A stretch of DNA of 61,281 nucleotides, filler included, from 7 parts of 7 records of this genome joined end to end with filler, not necessarily neighbours in it, one strand, 5' to 3'. Shown: positions 21,263 through 31,991, counted from the whole stretch's first letter. The notes: generated from the letters alone by a model not told the origin. A program made the numbers and translations.

Positions 21263-22642
21263 ATGGGGATACTCAGCGAAACAAACATCGGTAGAGTCAA
21301 TTTTTTATTCGGGGCCATTCTTGTCTGCGTCGCACTGTTTTCAGCCGGTTATTTCTTTGTTATCAACACCCGTCAGGCCGATTACGAGGAGTTGCGCCTG
21401 CTCGAGCGAATGCTGATCGAGGAGGAAAAGACGCGCCTCGAGTCCGACGTCGAGTCCTTCATCGTTCGCATCTGGCTGCTTCGTGAACGGCAGCTTCGCG
21501 AAACGGGCCCTGCCACCGAAGTGGGAAGGGACGCCGACGGGGATGCCGGACCCGGGGACGATGCCGTTTCCCCATCAGAATTTGACCCTCAGTCCCTCGT
21601 CGCAGCGTTCGACAACGCGCGCGATCTGGATGCCGCCGGGTTCTTCATCTACGACCTGCACGACCCGGAAGGTGGCGAGCGCTTTGCGACGATGATCTTC
21701 AACCCGGCACGGCCAGACCTGGTCGGCCGGACCCTGTCCACCGAGGACCCCGATGCGCGGGGATTCAAGTTCCGTAAGGCGTTCGTGAAAGATATCCGCG
21801 ATCGCGGAAAGTCGTTCGTGGTCTACCACTACAATCGGGATGCCGGTGTCGCTGGTGAACTGTCCCCGGTCGGCCGTAAACTTTCATACTTCAGGTTTGA
21901 TGAGTCTACCGGCTGGGTTATCGCCGGTTCCGTTCTGCTCGACGGGATCGACCGGTTCCTGGCGGCCAGCGAGGTTGAACTGGACAGGGCGTATCGCACG
22001 AATATCATGGTCCTTGGTGGAATATTTCTTGCCTCCATCCTCGTCGCGTTGCTCCTCGCCTCTGTGTTCTCGAGCGGAATGCAGGTGATGTTCGCCCGCC
22101 AGCGCGAGGCCGAAGCGGAGCTCCGGACCCGTGCCGAATCCCTGCAGAAAACCCTTGAACGTCAGAGTCGCACGGACCCGCTAACCACTGCCTTCAACCG
22201 CGGTCACCTCAACCAGGAACTGGTCAAGGAGATGGCCCGGGCCGGTCGCTATCAGACGCCGTTGACGATGATCCTGTTCGACGTCGACGAGTTCAAGTCG
22301 ATCAATGACAGTCTGGGCTGCGAGGCGGGGGACAGGGTGCTCATGGAACTGGTCGAGCTGGTCGGGGACAATATCAGGCAGACCGACCTCTTGGCCCGCT
22401 GGGATGGTGAGGAGTTCGCGATCCTGGTGCCCGGCATCGATCTCGACCAGGGCAGATTGTTTGCGGAAAAGCTGCGGGATCTGATTGCGGAGCATCGCTT
22501 TACGATCGAACGACAACTCACCTGTAGTTTCGGGGTCGGTTTTTACGAATCGCCGGAGGACAAGCACCAGTTCGTCAAACGGATCGGAGAGGCACTCGCG
22601 CGTGCGAAGGAGGCCGGGAAGAACCGCTGTTCAGCGGCCTGA
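21263..22642 (+). CDS. Membrane Cache-sensor GGDEF domain protein with degenerate active site
   Basis: Two TMs flanking a Cache-like domain (PD.VG..D..G..F); TDPLT..NR, DVDEFKSIND, RQTD I-site and RWDGEEF. Confidence 0.88.
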   Translation: MGILSETNIGRVNFLFGAILVCVALFSAGYFFVINTRQADYEELRLLERMLIEEEKTRLESDVESFIVRIWLLRERQLRETGPATEVGRDADGDAGPGDDAVSPSEFDPQSLVAAFDNARDLDAAGFFIYDLHDPEGGERFATMIFNPARPDLVGRTLSTEDPDARGFKFRKAFVKDIRDRGKSFVVYHYNRDAGVAGELSPVGRKLSYFRFDESTGWVIAGSVLLDGIDRFLAASEVELDRAYRTNIMVLGGIFLASILVALLLASVFSSGMQVMFARQREAEAELRTRAESLQKTLERQSRTDPLTTAFNRGHLNQELVKEMARAGRYQTPLTMILFDVDEFKSINDSLGCEAGDRVLMELVELVGDNIRQTDLLARWDGEEFAILVPGIDLDQGRLFAEKLRDLIAEHRFTIERQLTCSFGVGFYESPEDKHQFVKRIGEALARAKEAGKNRCSAA

Positions 22643-22651
22643 CGGATCGTT

Positions 22652-23212
22652 ATGAAAGCTGATCTCACCGATACCCTGCATCGTTCCCGTACGCCTGCGC
22701 CCGAGGCCGCCGTTGCGCTCATCACCTGTGGCGAGCCGGAGACGAAAATTCTGCTGCTCAGGCGCGTGCACGACGAGCGTGACCCCTGGTCCGGACACTA
22801 CGCGTTTCCGGGTGGCAGGCGGGACGACGTTGACGATACGATCTACCGGACCTGTGTGCGCGAGGTGTTCGAGGAGACCGGCATCGTGCTCGAGGATAAT
22901 AGTCTGCAGAGGATCTGCTCGCCGTCCCTGGCGGGACGCAACGTGCAGGCACCGATGCTCGTGCAGCCCTATGTGTTCCGCCTCTCCGGGCGTCCGGCGG
23001 TGCGGGTCGAACCAGCGGAGATCGACTCCCACGTGTGGCTGTCGCTGAAGTCGTTCATGCAGCTTGACAGGCACCGGGTGATCGAGGTCCTGCCGGGCAT
23101 GGTGCGGCCGGTTTTCCCGATGAACGACTACTACGTGTGGGGCTTCACGTACGGGCTGCTCTGCCGGCTGTTCGGGGTGGACAGCGATCTGGTTGTGCGC
23201 CGCCGCGCGTAA
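22652..23212 (+). CDS. Nudix hydrolase, CoA pyrophosphatase-like
   Basis: AAVAL, DPWSGHYAFPGG Nudix box ..REVFEETG and VWGFT. Confidence 0.88.
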   Translation: MKADLTDTLHRSRTPAPEAAVALITCGEPETKILLLRRVHDERDPWSGHYAFPGGRRDDVDDTIYRTCVREVFEETGIVLEDNSLQRICSPSLAGRNVQAPMLVQPYVFRLSGRPAVRVEPAEIDSHVWLSLKSFMQLDRHRVIEVLPGMVRPVFPMNDYYVWGFTYGLLCRLFGVDSDLVVRRRA

Positions 23213-23340
23213 CTGCCGTCTCCCTCCCGCTCCGCTCCCGGCGAGCGGCTGGTCGTCGCTTTCTTATTCACGAATCATACTTATAGTGATGTCCAGAAAG
23301 AAGCTTCTGTTACACCATCATATCAAGCTCTTACCCACCA

Positions 23341-25116
23341 ATGGCTTTCTGGATAATCTCACTGATTCTGGCGGGGACGCTCTACCTGCTCATTACCGAG
23401 AGGATTTCGGTCGATCTCACGGCGATAGGGATAATCGTCGTGCTGGTGATAACCGGCCTGCTCTCCCCCCGTGAGGCGGTGGCGGGGTTTGCGAACCCCG
23501 CGGTTATCACCGTTGCCGCGATGTTCGTGGTGAGCCGGGGACTGATGCGCACCGGCGGCGTCGAGTTTCTCGGCCGGCAGGTGATCAGGGTCGCAAAGAG
23601 GAACATCACGGCGGCGCTGGCGTTGATCCTCGTCGTCGTCGCGCTCGCGTCCGCATTTATCAACAACACGCCGGTGGTCATCCTGTTCATCCCGGTGGTG
23701 ATGGCGATGTGCTGCGAGCTCGGGCTGAGCCCGTCGAAGTTCCTCATCCCGGTCTCCTACGCGTCGATTCTGGCCGGGACCTGCACGCTCATCGGGACCT
23801 CCACCAACATCATCATCAGCGACCTCAGTGCCCAGTACGGCTACGGGCCGATCGCGATGTTCGAGCTGGCGGTGATCGGTGTGCCGGTGGCCGTGTGCGG
23901 TATCGTCTTCATGCTCTTCGCCGCGCCCCGGCTGCTCCCGGAGCTCGCCAACCCCACCTGTCAGCTGCGTGAGGGGGAACACCGCAAGTACCTCGCGGAA
24001 CTGACGATCCACGCGGGCAGCAAACTGGTCGGCAGTCATCCGCTGGAGGTGTCGACCGGGAAATACGCGGACCTTGAGATGATCGAACTGATCTGCGGAG
24101 ACACGATCTACCAGCCGCTGCGCGACGACCAGACTATCGAGTCCGGCTCCATCCTGCTGGTCAAGGGCTCGCTCAACGACCTGGTCGCGATCCTGCACGA
24201 GGAGGGCGTCGAGCTGCCGTTCCGGGAAAACGGACTGTCGCTCGGTGCGCAGAAGGACGCCCCGATCGTCGTCGAACTCCTGATCGCGCCGGGTTCCACG
24301 CTGCACGGGCGCCGCCTGGAGAATACGGCGCTGGCAAAGGACAAGGACATCAACATCATCGCGGTGAAACGGCAGGGGCACCATATCGCCGAGCGCACGC
24401 TCTACGACCTTCGGCTCAAGACCGGGGATATCCTGCTCATCTGGTGTTCGAACTCGAAGCTCGACGCACTGCGCTCCGAGCAGGACTACCTGATCATCGA
24501 GGACGTGTACGAGGAGATTATCCACAAGCGCAAGGCGCTGTGGGCGGTGGTGAATTTTGCGTGCATGATCGCGACGGCCGCGCTCGGGCTGGCCGATATC
24601 ATGACCTGCGCGCTGATCGCCGCCTTTTTGATGATCATCACGGGCTGCCTGCAAATGCGCGATGCGTACCGGTCGCTGCAGGGCGACGTGCTGTTGCTGA
24701 TCGCTGGGACCATCGCACTGGGCACGGCGATGGAGAAGAGCGGCGCGGCGACGGTCTACGCGGACCTGTTCCTGGGACTGTTCGCCGGTCTGCCGCCGAC
24801 GGCGGTGCTCGGCGGCATCATCCTGCTGACGTCGATATCCACCCAGATCCTCAGCAACAACGCGACGGCGGTCCTGCTGCTGCCGATAGCGGTCTCGACG
24901 GCCCTCTCGATCGGCGCAGACCCGAAGCCGTTCATCATAGGTGTCTGCATCGGGGCTTCGGCCTGCTTCGCGTCCCCGCTGGGCTACCAGACCAACCTGA
25001 TGGTCTTCGTCCCGGGCGGCTACCGCTTCATAGACTACCTGCGCCTGGGTATCCCGCTGAACCTCTTCATAGTAGGAGCAGGTATGCTCCTGATCCCCAT
25101 CTTCTGGCCCCTCTAA
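23341..25116 (+). CDS. SLC13/DASS family permease with two TrkA-C domains
   Basis: SAFINNT, GTCTLIGTSTN, SNNATA and SPLGYQTN..V..PGGYRF.DY motifs. Confidence 0.93.
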   Translation: MAFWIISLILAGTLYLLITERISVDLTAIGIIVVLVITGLLSPREAVAGFANPAVITVAAMFVVSRGLMRTGGVEFLGRQVIRVAKRNITAALALILVVVALASAFINNTPVVILFIPVVMAMCCELGLSPSKFLIPVSYASILAGTCTLIGTSTNIIISDLSAQYGYGPIAMFELAVIGVPVAVCGIVFMLFAAPRLLPELANPTCQLREGEHRKYLAELTIHAGSKLVGSHPLEVSTGKYADLEMIELICGDTIYQPLRDDQTIESGSILLVKGSLNDLVAILHEEGVELPFRENGLSLGAQKDAPIVVELLIAPGSTLHGRRLENTALAKDKDINIIAVKRQGHHIAERTLYDLRLKTGDILLIWCSNSKLDALRSEQDYLIIEDVYEEIIHKRKALWAVVNFACMIATAALGLADIMTCALIAAFLMIITGCLQMRDAYRSLQGDVLLLIAGTIALGTAMEKSGAATVYADLFLGLFAGLPPTAVLGGIILLTSISTQILSNNATAVLLLPIAVSTALSIGADPKPFIIGVCIGASACFASPLGYQTNLMVFVPGGYRFIDYLRLGIPLNLFIVGAGMLLIPIFWPL

Positions 25117-25126
25117 CCACCATCCC

Positions 25127-25351
25127 GGGGTCAGGCCTTGCATTGACCCCAATTGTTTGCAGGTCTTATATGTGACGATATATCAATGATATGTGGTGCA
25201 TGTTGAAAACTTGTGGGATTTTGCTGCTCTCGTGGTATGTCTGGTCTGTTTCGTGATTAAAGAAATGAGGATAAGATTTTGTATTAACAACTTATTCTCT
25301 TTGGGCGAAGAGGGTGGTAACATTCTTTGTGATAATGCAAGACCTGACCCC
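25127..25351. mobile_element. Putative MITE/REP-bounded element
   Basis: 18-bp inverted repeats GGGGTCAGGCCTTGCATT and AATGCAAGACCTGACCCC (17/18 match) enclose an AT-rich interior in a GC-rich contig. Confidence 0.6.
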
Positions 25352-25416
25352 ATGGCGGGGGTGCTGCCCCCATGGGGATGGCACCGGGGGCAGCAGGGTA
25401 ATCAGTTGGGTGGGGA

Positions 25417-26106
25417 TCAGAAATGATAGGTGGCCATGATCGAGGCTACCGGATAGAATTCGAACCAGCTCAGCTCGTCCTCGATCTCCGCTTCCTGCTC
25501 GGCGAGGAACTGCTGGACTTCTTCGATTCCGTTGATATCGATAGGGGCGTTGACCCGCAGGTTGGTGACGTCCGGTGCACCCTGGTAGAGCACTCCCAAC
25601 TCTATCCCGATTCCCCACCCGGATTCACCGGCGTTGGTGCGCCAGCCGAGACCGACGTAGGGGGCAACCGGCATGAACTCAACGTCGCCGGTCACCGACA
25701 CGTAGTCTGCCAGGAAATCAAACGACTGATACTCAGCGGGAAAGTCCTCGGGGCCGAGAGAGCCCTCGACGCCGACCGAGTTGTTGTTGAAGTAGATGCC
25801 CCCGCTGAGGAAAAATGAACCGCCGAACGGGTGGACGTCGAGAATCACCGGCACCGAACTGAATTCGGTGGCGAAATCGTAATCGATATCGGAGATGGTG
25901 GATTCGAAATCCCAACTCAGAAAGTTGAACCCGGCCCTGATCCTCGTGTTGGGCAGTAGTGCCGCGCTCAATTCACCGCCGACACCCATGGTGCCGATCT
26001 TGGCGTCAAGCCCGAGGCCTTCGTCTGCATAACCGTCCTGCACGAACATGGACAGGGAGAGAACGGCGATTGCCGGAAACAGCAGATGACGTCTGTAAAT
26101 CATGGA
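25417..26106 (-). CDS. Putative outer-membrane beta-barrel protein
   Basis: Signal peptide, GTMG.G, D.HPF, PYVGLGW, amphipathic strands and terminal Y-H-F; start uncertain. Confidence 0.8.
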   Translation of the reverse strand, partial: SMIYRRHLLFPAIAVLSLSMFVQDGYADEGLGLDAKIGTMGVGGELSAALLPNTRIRAGFNFLSWDFESTISDIDYDFATEFSSVPVILDVHPFGGSFFLSGGIYFNNNSVGVEGSLGPEDFPAEYQSFDFLADYVSVTGDVEFMPVAPYVGLGWRTNAGESGWGIGIELGVLYQGAPDVTNLRVNAPIDINGIEEVQQFLAEQEAEIEDELSWFEFYPVASIMATYHF

Positions 26107-26233
26107 GTTCCTCATTTTCTGGAGTATTAGCAAGGTAACGGACGAACTGACTATCGGAGATATAGTATACCTGAATCTTTGTGAAATGCCAGAGGACAGT
26201 TGGACTGGTGAATACGGGTGACCATCATGGAAT

Positions 26234-26845
26234 TCAGAACAGATCCACCGTAAACCGCCGGGAACCGGACTGCATGATCAGCCCGCTGTCGGTTATCTCG
26301 GAAAGGACCAGACCGGGATAGACAGTGTCGCCTTCCCGCACGACGACCTCGTCGATCATGATCATCCGCAGGGACGGTGTCGGCGAATAGACATGACCGT
26401 TAAAGCTCATCTCCGCTATCCGCTCCTCCATGGAAGCGGACAACTCAGCCGAAGCTGCGGGATCGTCCTTCTTCAGCGGGGCTTCCGTGCTCCTGGAATG
26501 TTCGGTTCGTTTTGCCTGCTCGGTGGCGAGACCTGTGGGAGCCGTGTCGGCACGTTTCCCGGCAGTTGAGTCGGACGCTGGTTGATCGGGTAGGGCGGGG
26601 GACTGAAGGGCCGCACCGTCTTCCCGTTCGCCCCCTTTTCCGTCATCGGAAACCCACCACCAGCCCGCTCCGAGAATGATGATCGCCAGCAGCATGCAGC
26701 CGGTGAGGATCAGACCGCCTATCCGCTGCCTGCCATCCCGGTCGGGGCGGGTGGTGATACGTGCGGTGTGCAGCGGTTCCTGTCCGTCCTGGCAGCGGTT
26801 GCGGCGTTTTTCCGATTTTCTGAGGGCATCGAGGATATAGGACAT
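26234..26845 (-). CDS. gspB: Type II secretion accessory protein GspB/ExeB
   Basis: MSYILDALRKSE N-terminus, single TM, C-terminal GHVYS..R.I.I....REGD. Confidence 0.88.
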   Translation of the reverse strand: MSYILDALRKSEKRRNRCQDGQEPLHTARITTRPDRDGRQRIGGLILTGCMLLAIIILGAGWWWVSDDGKGGEREDGAALQSPALPDQPASDSTAGKRADTAPTGLATEQAKRTEHSRSTEAPLKKDDPAASAELSASMEERIAEMSFNGHVYSPTPSLRMIMIDEVVVREGDTVYPGLVLSEITDSGLIMQSGSRRFTVDLF

Positions 26846-26869
26846 GGTCGGGTCGCGTCGGCTCCGCGC

Positions 26870-28231
26870 TTACTCGGTGATTTCGATGTGCTTGATCACA
26901 ATGGTGGTTCCCGGGCTGCTGCCCGCCTTGCCGCCTGTCTCGGCAGCTTCCCGGTCAGGCCCCGCGGCGGTACCGCCCGCGTCCTCCTGCATCTCCGGTA
27001 AGGTCGCCGCTGGTGGGGGCTCTCGGACACTGTCGCTCTCGGCGGCGATTGGATTCGTCTCTTCCGTTTTGGGATTGGGTGTTTTGGAATCGACCCCGAT
27101 CGTCCGAGCCTCCATCACTCCTGCCTCGGGTTCCAGGGCCTCTTCCATCTCCGTATCTGGTTCAACGGCCTCAATCTCTGTTGCAGCACTTTCCCGGCCC
27201 CCGGCAGTACCAACATCTTCTACACCGATCTCCTCACTCGCTCCAACATTCGCCGCGCTCTTCCCGGTCATCTCCTGCCGGGGCGCAGGGGGCAGGATCG
27301 AGTCGAGTTTCAGGTGGAACAGGTCGCTGGTGGAACCGGCCCACAGCACGATAATGAGCAGGACGAACGCCGAGGCCGCCGCCAGGCTGTGGAGTGGAAT
27401 CTGGACGGTCTTTACTACCCGGTCGAACCCGAATACCTCCCGGGCCGCCTGTTTCACGACGTGCTCGTCGACCTGCACCTGCTCGTCCGAAAAGGCGCCG
27501 AGCAATGAGCGGTCGCAGAGCGTGTTGATCATGCGTGGAATCCCGCCGGTCAACCGGTGGATCCGCTTCACCGCCCGCGCGCTGAAGAGCCCTTTCGGAG
27601 CCCCACCGGCGACGGATATGCGGTGTTTCAGGTAGTCTGCGGTCTCCTCCGAACTCAGGCCGGACAGGTGGAACCTGGCGGTGATGCGCTGGTTTACCTG
27701 TACGAGGTCCGGACTCTTCAGCAGTACGCCCAACTCGGACTGTCCCAGCAGGATTATTTTCAGCAGTTTGCGCCGGTTGGTCTCCAGGTTGGTGAGCAGC
27801 CGCACCGTCTCCAGCGCCTCCTTGTCGAGGTTCTGCGCCTCGTCGATGATCAGCAGAGTCTCTTCATGATCGCCGTGGGCGTCCAGCAAGAAGCGGTTAA
27901 GCGCATCGATATGTTCCTTGGTCCCGCTACCTCGATCGACGACTATGCGGAACTCATCGCAGACGGTGGCGAGCAGCTCGGGGGCGCTGAGGCCTGGGTT
28001 GACGATCAGTGCGACGTGTGCGTCCGGTTCGATCTGTTCGAGAAAACAGCGGCACAGGGTGGTCTTGCCGGTGCCCACCTCGCCGGTCAACAGGATGATC
28101 CCTCCCTCCGCGGCCGCACCGAAGCGCAGGTGCGCCAGCGCGTCCTGGTGCATCTCGCTCGGATAGAGGTAACGCGGATCAGGGGCGATGGAGAACGGGT
28201 TCTCGCGAAAGCCGAAATATTCGTTGTACAT
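26870..28231 (-). CDS. exeA: ExeA/GspA family AAA ATPase
   Basis: MY.EYFGF.E.PFSIAPDP, TGEVGTGKTT, IDEAQNL, NLET, GQ.EL and GIPR.IN; start at 28231. Confidence 0.92.
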   Translation of the reverse strand: MYNEYFGFRENPFSIAPDPRYLYPSEMHQDALAHLRFGAAAEGGIILLTGEVGTGKTTLCRCFLEQIEPDAHVALIVNPGLSAPELLATVCDEFRIVVDRGSGTKEHIDALNRFLLDAHGDHEETLLIIDEAQNLDKEALETVRLLTNLETNRRKLLKIILLGQSELGVLLKSPDLVQVNQRITARFHLSGLSSEETADYLKHRISVAGGAPKGLFSARAVKRIHRLTGGIPRMINTLCDRSLLGAFSDEQVQVDEHVVKQAAREVFGFDRVVKTVQIPLHSLAAASAFVLLIIVLWAGSTSDLFHLKLDSILPPAPRQEMTGKSAANVGASEEIGVEDVGTAGGRESAATEIEAVEPDTEMEEALEPEAGVMEARTIGVDSKTPNPKTEETNPIAAESDSVREPPPAATLPEMQEDAGGTAAGPDREAAETGGKAGSSPGTTIVIKHIEITE

Positions 28232-28463
28232 ATGCGGAATTGTGCGGAATATCCACCCCTCACCGGAGGGTGCCGTGTGCACGGCTCAGGAGCGCACTGA
28301 TTTGCGGGCATTATAGGATAATTACTCCATGTTTGCCATTCATCTTTGTTTTCGGTTGTTTTTATCGTGCATACTGCGTAGCATGAGGGCGCGGCGCGGG
28401 TTCCACACGCTATCGCGCTCCATCATGCGATAAATCCAGTTTCACAGAAAAACCGTATCAGCG

Positions 28464-29371
28464 ATGATTCGAAAGCTCTTTCTCTTTGTCCTCTACGCAC
28501 TGTTCGCACTCAGCGTGACGGCGCTGTTCATCGTGGTCCTCTTCCCGCGTGAGCGGATTTCGGATTGGGCGGCTGCGGCGATTGAGTCGCGCATGGCCGG
28601 CTTCGACTGCACCGTCAGTGATATCCGCTATGTGCACCCGTTCAAAATCAGGCTCTACGGCATCTCGCTGGTTAACGATTTTCAGAAGATTGATATTCCG
28701 ATAGACACGCTGCTGCTCTCATTCCAGCCGACCTGGCCGATCGAACAGGTGGCGGTCTCCGGGGTTGCGTTTGGTGGGATCTTTGAGGGGGATGTCCAGT
28801 TAGATGATGCGGGCGGGCGGAACATGGTCGCTATTGAAAACCTCAAGGTCTCGCGCGTCCGTTTCGGCGAGATAGGTATGATCACTGAGGGAGTCGGTAG
28901 GCCACTGCAGGGAGCACTCTCCTTTTCCGGCCGAGCCTCCCTGAAGCCGGGCCGGCTCGATACGCTGCGCATGGCTGGTGATCTGCGCGTCAGGAATTTC
29001 ACCGCCCCCTGCGGCGGCCGGTATTCGCGCAGACCGGAATTGAGCTCGATGACATAACGGCCCGGGTCTCGCTGAGTTCCTCCATCCTGCAACTCACCGA
29101 GGGGAGGGCGTCCGGGAGGCTCCTGCACGGGGATTTTGCGGGCACGATCAGGACGGCAGCACTGTGGCGGAACCGTGAACTCGACATTACCGGCAACACG
29201 GTGGTGCAGCCGGCCCTGCTCGAAGCGGTCCCCGAACTCGCGGAACCGTTTGAACTCTACGTGCGGCGCTTCAATACCCGTGCCATTCCGTATACGCTCT
29301 CCGGCACACTGAGCGACCCGCAGATCGTCTTTGTCGACGCAGCCGGTCTCGAATCGGTCCGGACGGATTGA
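28464..29371 (+). CDS. Type II secretion protein GspN-like; one frameshift
   Basis: N-terminal TM plus FP motif; adding one C at C5 (29005-29009) extends the frame to ..IPYTLSGTLSDP..TGA at 29371; sits just before gspE. Confidence 0.7.
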
Positions 29372-29391
29372 GCGAAAGGGGGGCGTTGTCC

Positions 29392-31080
29392 ATGCATGAC
29401 GGAATAATCAGGTTGCTCCGGGACAAGGCGGGGATATCCGGGAACACTCTCGACAAGGTGCTCGCAAGCAGTGCCAGGAAAGGAATCGCTCCCATCCGGG
29501 CTCTGGTCCGCCAGAAGGTGATCGCCGAAGTCGACCTGCTCGACCTGCTGGCCGACAGCTTTGAGCTCGATTTCCTCGCGCACCTGCCACAGCTCTCCGG
29601 AATAGATTTTACGGATGCGCTGTCTATCTCTTTTCTCAAACAGAACCTCCTCGTACCGGTGACGGTGAAGGGTGAGCCCTGCATCGCGGTCAACGACCCC
29701 TGTGATTTTCAGCCCTTAGACGACGTCCGCCGGGCGCTCGACTTCGGCGGCTGCCGGGTGATCCTCGGCACGGAGGCCGAGATCGTGCGGACCATCAACT
29801 CGGCATACGACATGGCCCAGCAGAGCGCGGAGCAGGTTATCCAGGACATTGACGACGAGGACGCCGACCAGCTCTTCTCGAAAATCGAGGAGATCGAGGA
29901 CCTGCTCGACGACACCTCCGATTCGCCGGTGATCCGGCTCGTCAACCTGATGCTCTCCCAGGCGGTCCGCACCGGGATCTCGGATATCCACATCGAGCCC
30001 CAGCAGCGCAGCGTGAAGATTCGCCAGCGCCTCGACGGCATCCTCTACGATATGTTCACCCCGCCCAAGCACGTGCAGTCGGCACTGGTCTCCCGGATCA
30101 AGCTGATGGCGAAGATGAACATCGCGGAAAAGAGGCTGCCCCAGGACGGACGCATCGAGATTAAGGTGGGCAACAAGGATATCGATATCCGGGTGTCGAC
30201 GCTGCCGACATCGTTTGGCGAGCGGGTCGTGCTGCGGCTGCTTGACAAGGCGACGATCCGGCTCTCCCTGACGGACCTCGGCATGTCCGAGCAGCGGCTG
30301 GCGCGCTTCTCGGACCTGATCCGCTCACCGAACGGGATCGTGCTGGTGACCGGGCCGACAGGTTCGGGCAAGACCACGACGCTCTATGCTGCGCTGTCCG
30401 AGATCAACACGACCGATATCAATATCATCACGGTGGAGGACCCGGTCGAGTACCGCCTCCCGGGAATCGGCCAGGTTCAGGTGAACCCGAAGATCGACCT
30501 CAATTTCGCGTCCGGCCTGCGTTCGATCGTGCGCCAGGACCCCGACGTGATCCTGATCGGCGAGATCCGAGACCTGGAGACGGCGGAGATCGCAATCCAG
30601 TCAGCCCTCACCGGCCATCTGGTATTCTCGACCCTGCACACCAATGACGCCCCCGCCACCATCACCCGCCTGCGGGACATGGGCCTCGAACCGTTCCTGA
30701 TCGCCTCGGCGATCAACGCGGTGGTCGCGCAAAGGCTCGTGCGGGTGGTCTGCGACCAGTGCCGGGAACCCTACCGTCCGGACCCGGTGGAGTTGGAACG
30801 AATAGGGCTGAGCGAGGATCGGCTTCAGGACGGAACGGTCTACCGGGGAAGAGGCTGCGATGCCTGCCTCAACACGGGCTATCGGGGCCGCACAGGAATC
30901 CACGAATTCCTGATAATGGACGATGAGATGCGTCGAATGATCCTGAAAACCGCAGACGCGACAATGATCAAGAAACACGCCCGCAACCACGGTATGAAAA
31001 CTCTCCTGGAAGATGGCGCCGAAAAGGTAATAAACGGCACCACCACAATAGAAGAAGTCTACAGGGTAGCGCAAAGCTAA
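29392..31080 (+). CDS. gspE: Type II secretion ATPase GspE
   Basis: SDIHIEP, RLPQDGR, GPTGSGKTTT, TVEDPVE, RQDPD.I.IGEIRD, STLHTND and tetracysteine motif. Confidence 0.93.
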   Translation: MHDGIIRLLRDKAGISGNTLDKVLASSARKGIAPIRALVRQKVIAEVDLLDLLADSFELDFLAHLPQLSGIDFTDALSISFLKQNLLVPVTVKGEPCIAVNDPCDFQPLDDVRRALDFGGCRVILGTEAEIVRTINSAYDMAQQSAEQVIQDIDDEDADQLFSKIEEIEDLLDDTSDSPVIRLVNLMLSQAVRTGISDIHIEPQQRSVKIRQRLDGILYDMFTPPKHVQSALVSRIKLMAKMNIAEKRLPQDGRIEIKVGNKDIDIRVSTLPTSFGERVVLRLLDKATIRLSLTDLGMSEQRLARFSDLIRSPNGIVLVTGPTGSGKTTTLYAALSEINTTDINIITVEDPVEYRLPGIGQVQVNPKIDLNFASGLRSIVRQDPDVILIGEIRDLETAEIAIQSALTGHLVFSTLHTNDAPATITRLRDMGLEPFLIASAINAVVAQRLVRVVCDQCREPYRPDPVELERIGLSEDRLQDGTVYRGRGCDACLNTGYRGRTGIHEFLIMDDEMRRMILKTADATMIKKHARNHGMKTLLEDGAEKVINGTTTIEEVYRVAQS

Positions 31081-31095
31081 CCCCATAACCCGGGG

Positions 31096-31991
31096 TTACC
31101 CCGACGAGGAGGGGCCTTCGCGGAGGAAATCTACGAATACCTGGTAGTGGTGGGGGAGGGTTCGTTTTTTGGCGGTGGCGATATAGAACGAGCGGTGCAT
31201 GGTGAGGCCTTGTACCGTGATGGTTTTCAGGCGGCCGTCTTCCAGATCGTCCCGTATTGCCGTTTTCGAAATGAAGGCGGCGCCGAGGCCCGATTTTACC
31301 GCCTCTTTGATCGCTGTGCTCGAGCCGAGTGTAGCGCGGATTTTCAAGTCGGTCTCCTTGATTCCTGCCTGTTCCAGGTAGCGCGTGACGTTCCTTCCAG
31401 TGCCGGACCCCTTGGCCCGGCTGATCAGATCGAGTTCCACCAGCTCCTGCAATTCAATCGTATCGGCTATGGGACCTTCTGCGGGTGTGGCCAGAACCAG
31501 CTCGTCGCCGCCGAACGGGGTGAATGCGACCTTGCTTCTTTCCAGCGCCGTCCCAACGACGCCCAGGTAGATCTCGTGCTCCTCGATCTTCCTAATGATC
31601 GAGCTCGAATCGCCAATCAGGATCTCGAAGGATATCTCAGGATAGCGGTCCTTGAAACGCGCTGCGAGCTGCGGTAGCACATATGCACCCGGGATCGTCC
31701 CGGCTCCGATGACCAGTTCGCCGCACACCCGTTCCGATGCAGTCGCCAGGAACGAATCGAGTTTTTCCAGCTCTTCGAGGATCGCCACCGCCCGCGGGTA
31801 GAGCAGCTCCGCCTCGGGGTCGGCGAGATCGATCGACCAAGCCGGTCGAACAACCTGCACCCCAGCCGTTCCTCCAGATTTTTCATATGCTCGCTGATGG
31901 TCGGCTGGCTGGTGAACAGCGCAGCGGCCGCTTTCGTAAAGCTGCGCGTGCGGTATACCGCAGTAAATACCTGCAGGTGTCTTGTTTCCAT
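31096..31991 (-). CDS. LysR family regulator (CysL-like); one frameshift
   Basis: HTH SFTKAA..LF.SQPTIS..LE..LG..LF.R in ORF 31617-31991 joins the substrate-binding domain of ORF 31096-32133 by one extra base at the G4 run 31816-31819. Confidence 0.88.

Noticed and set aside
23359-25152. 597-aa minus-strand ORF
   Set aside because: Antisense shadow of the GC-rich SLC13 permease gene; no recognisable motifs
25193-25426. 77-aa ORF within the inverted-repeat element
   Set aside because: No RBS or motif, and it runs through the repeat into the next gene's end
28381-28429. Imperfect inverted repeat between exeA and gspN
   Set aside because: Weak pairing in GC-rich DNA; no recognisable RNA or operator motif
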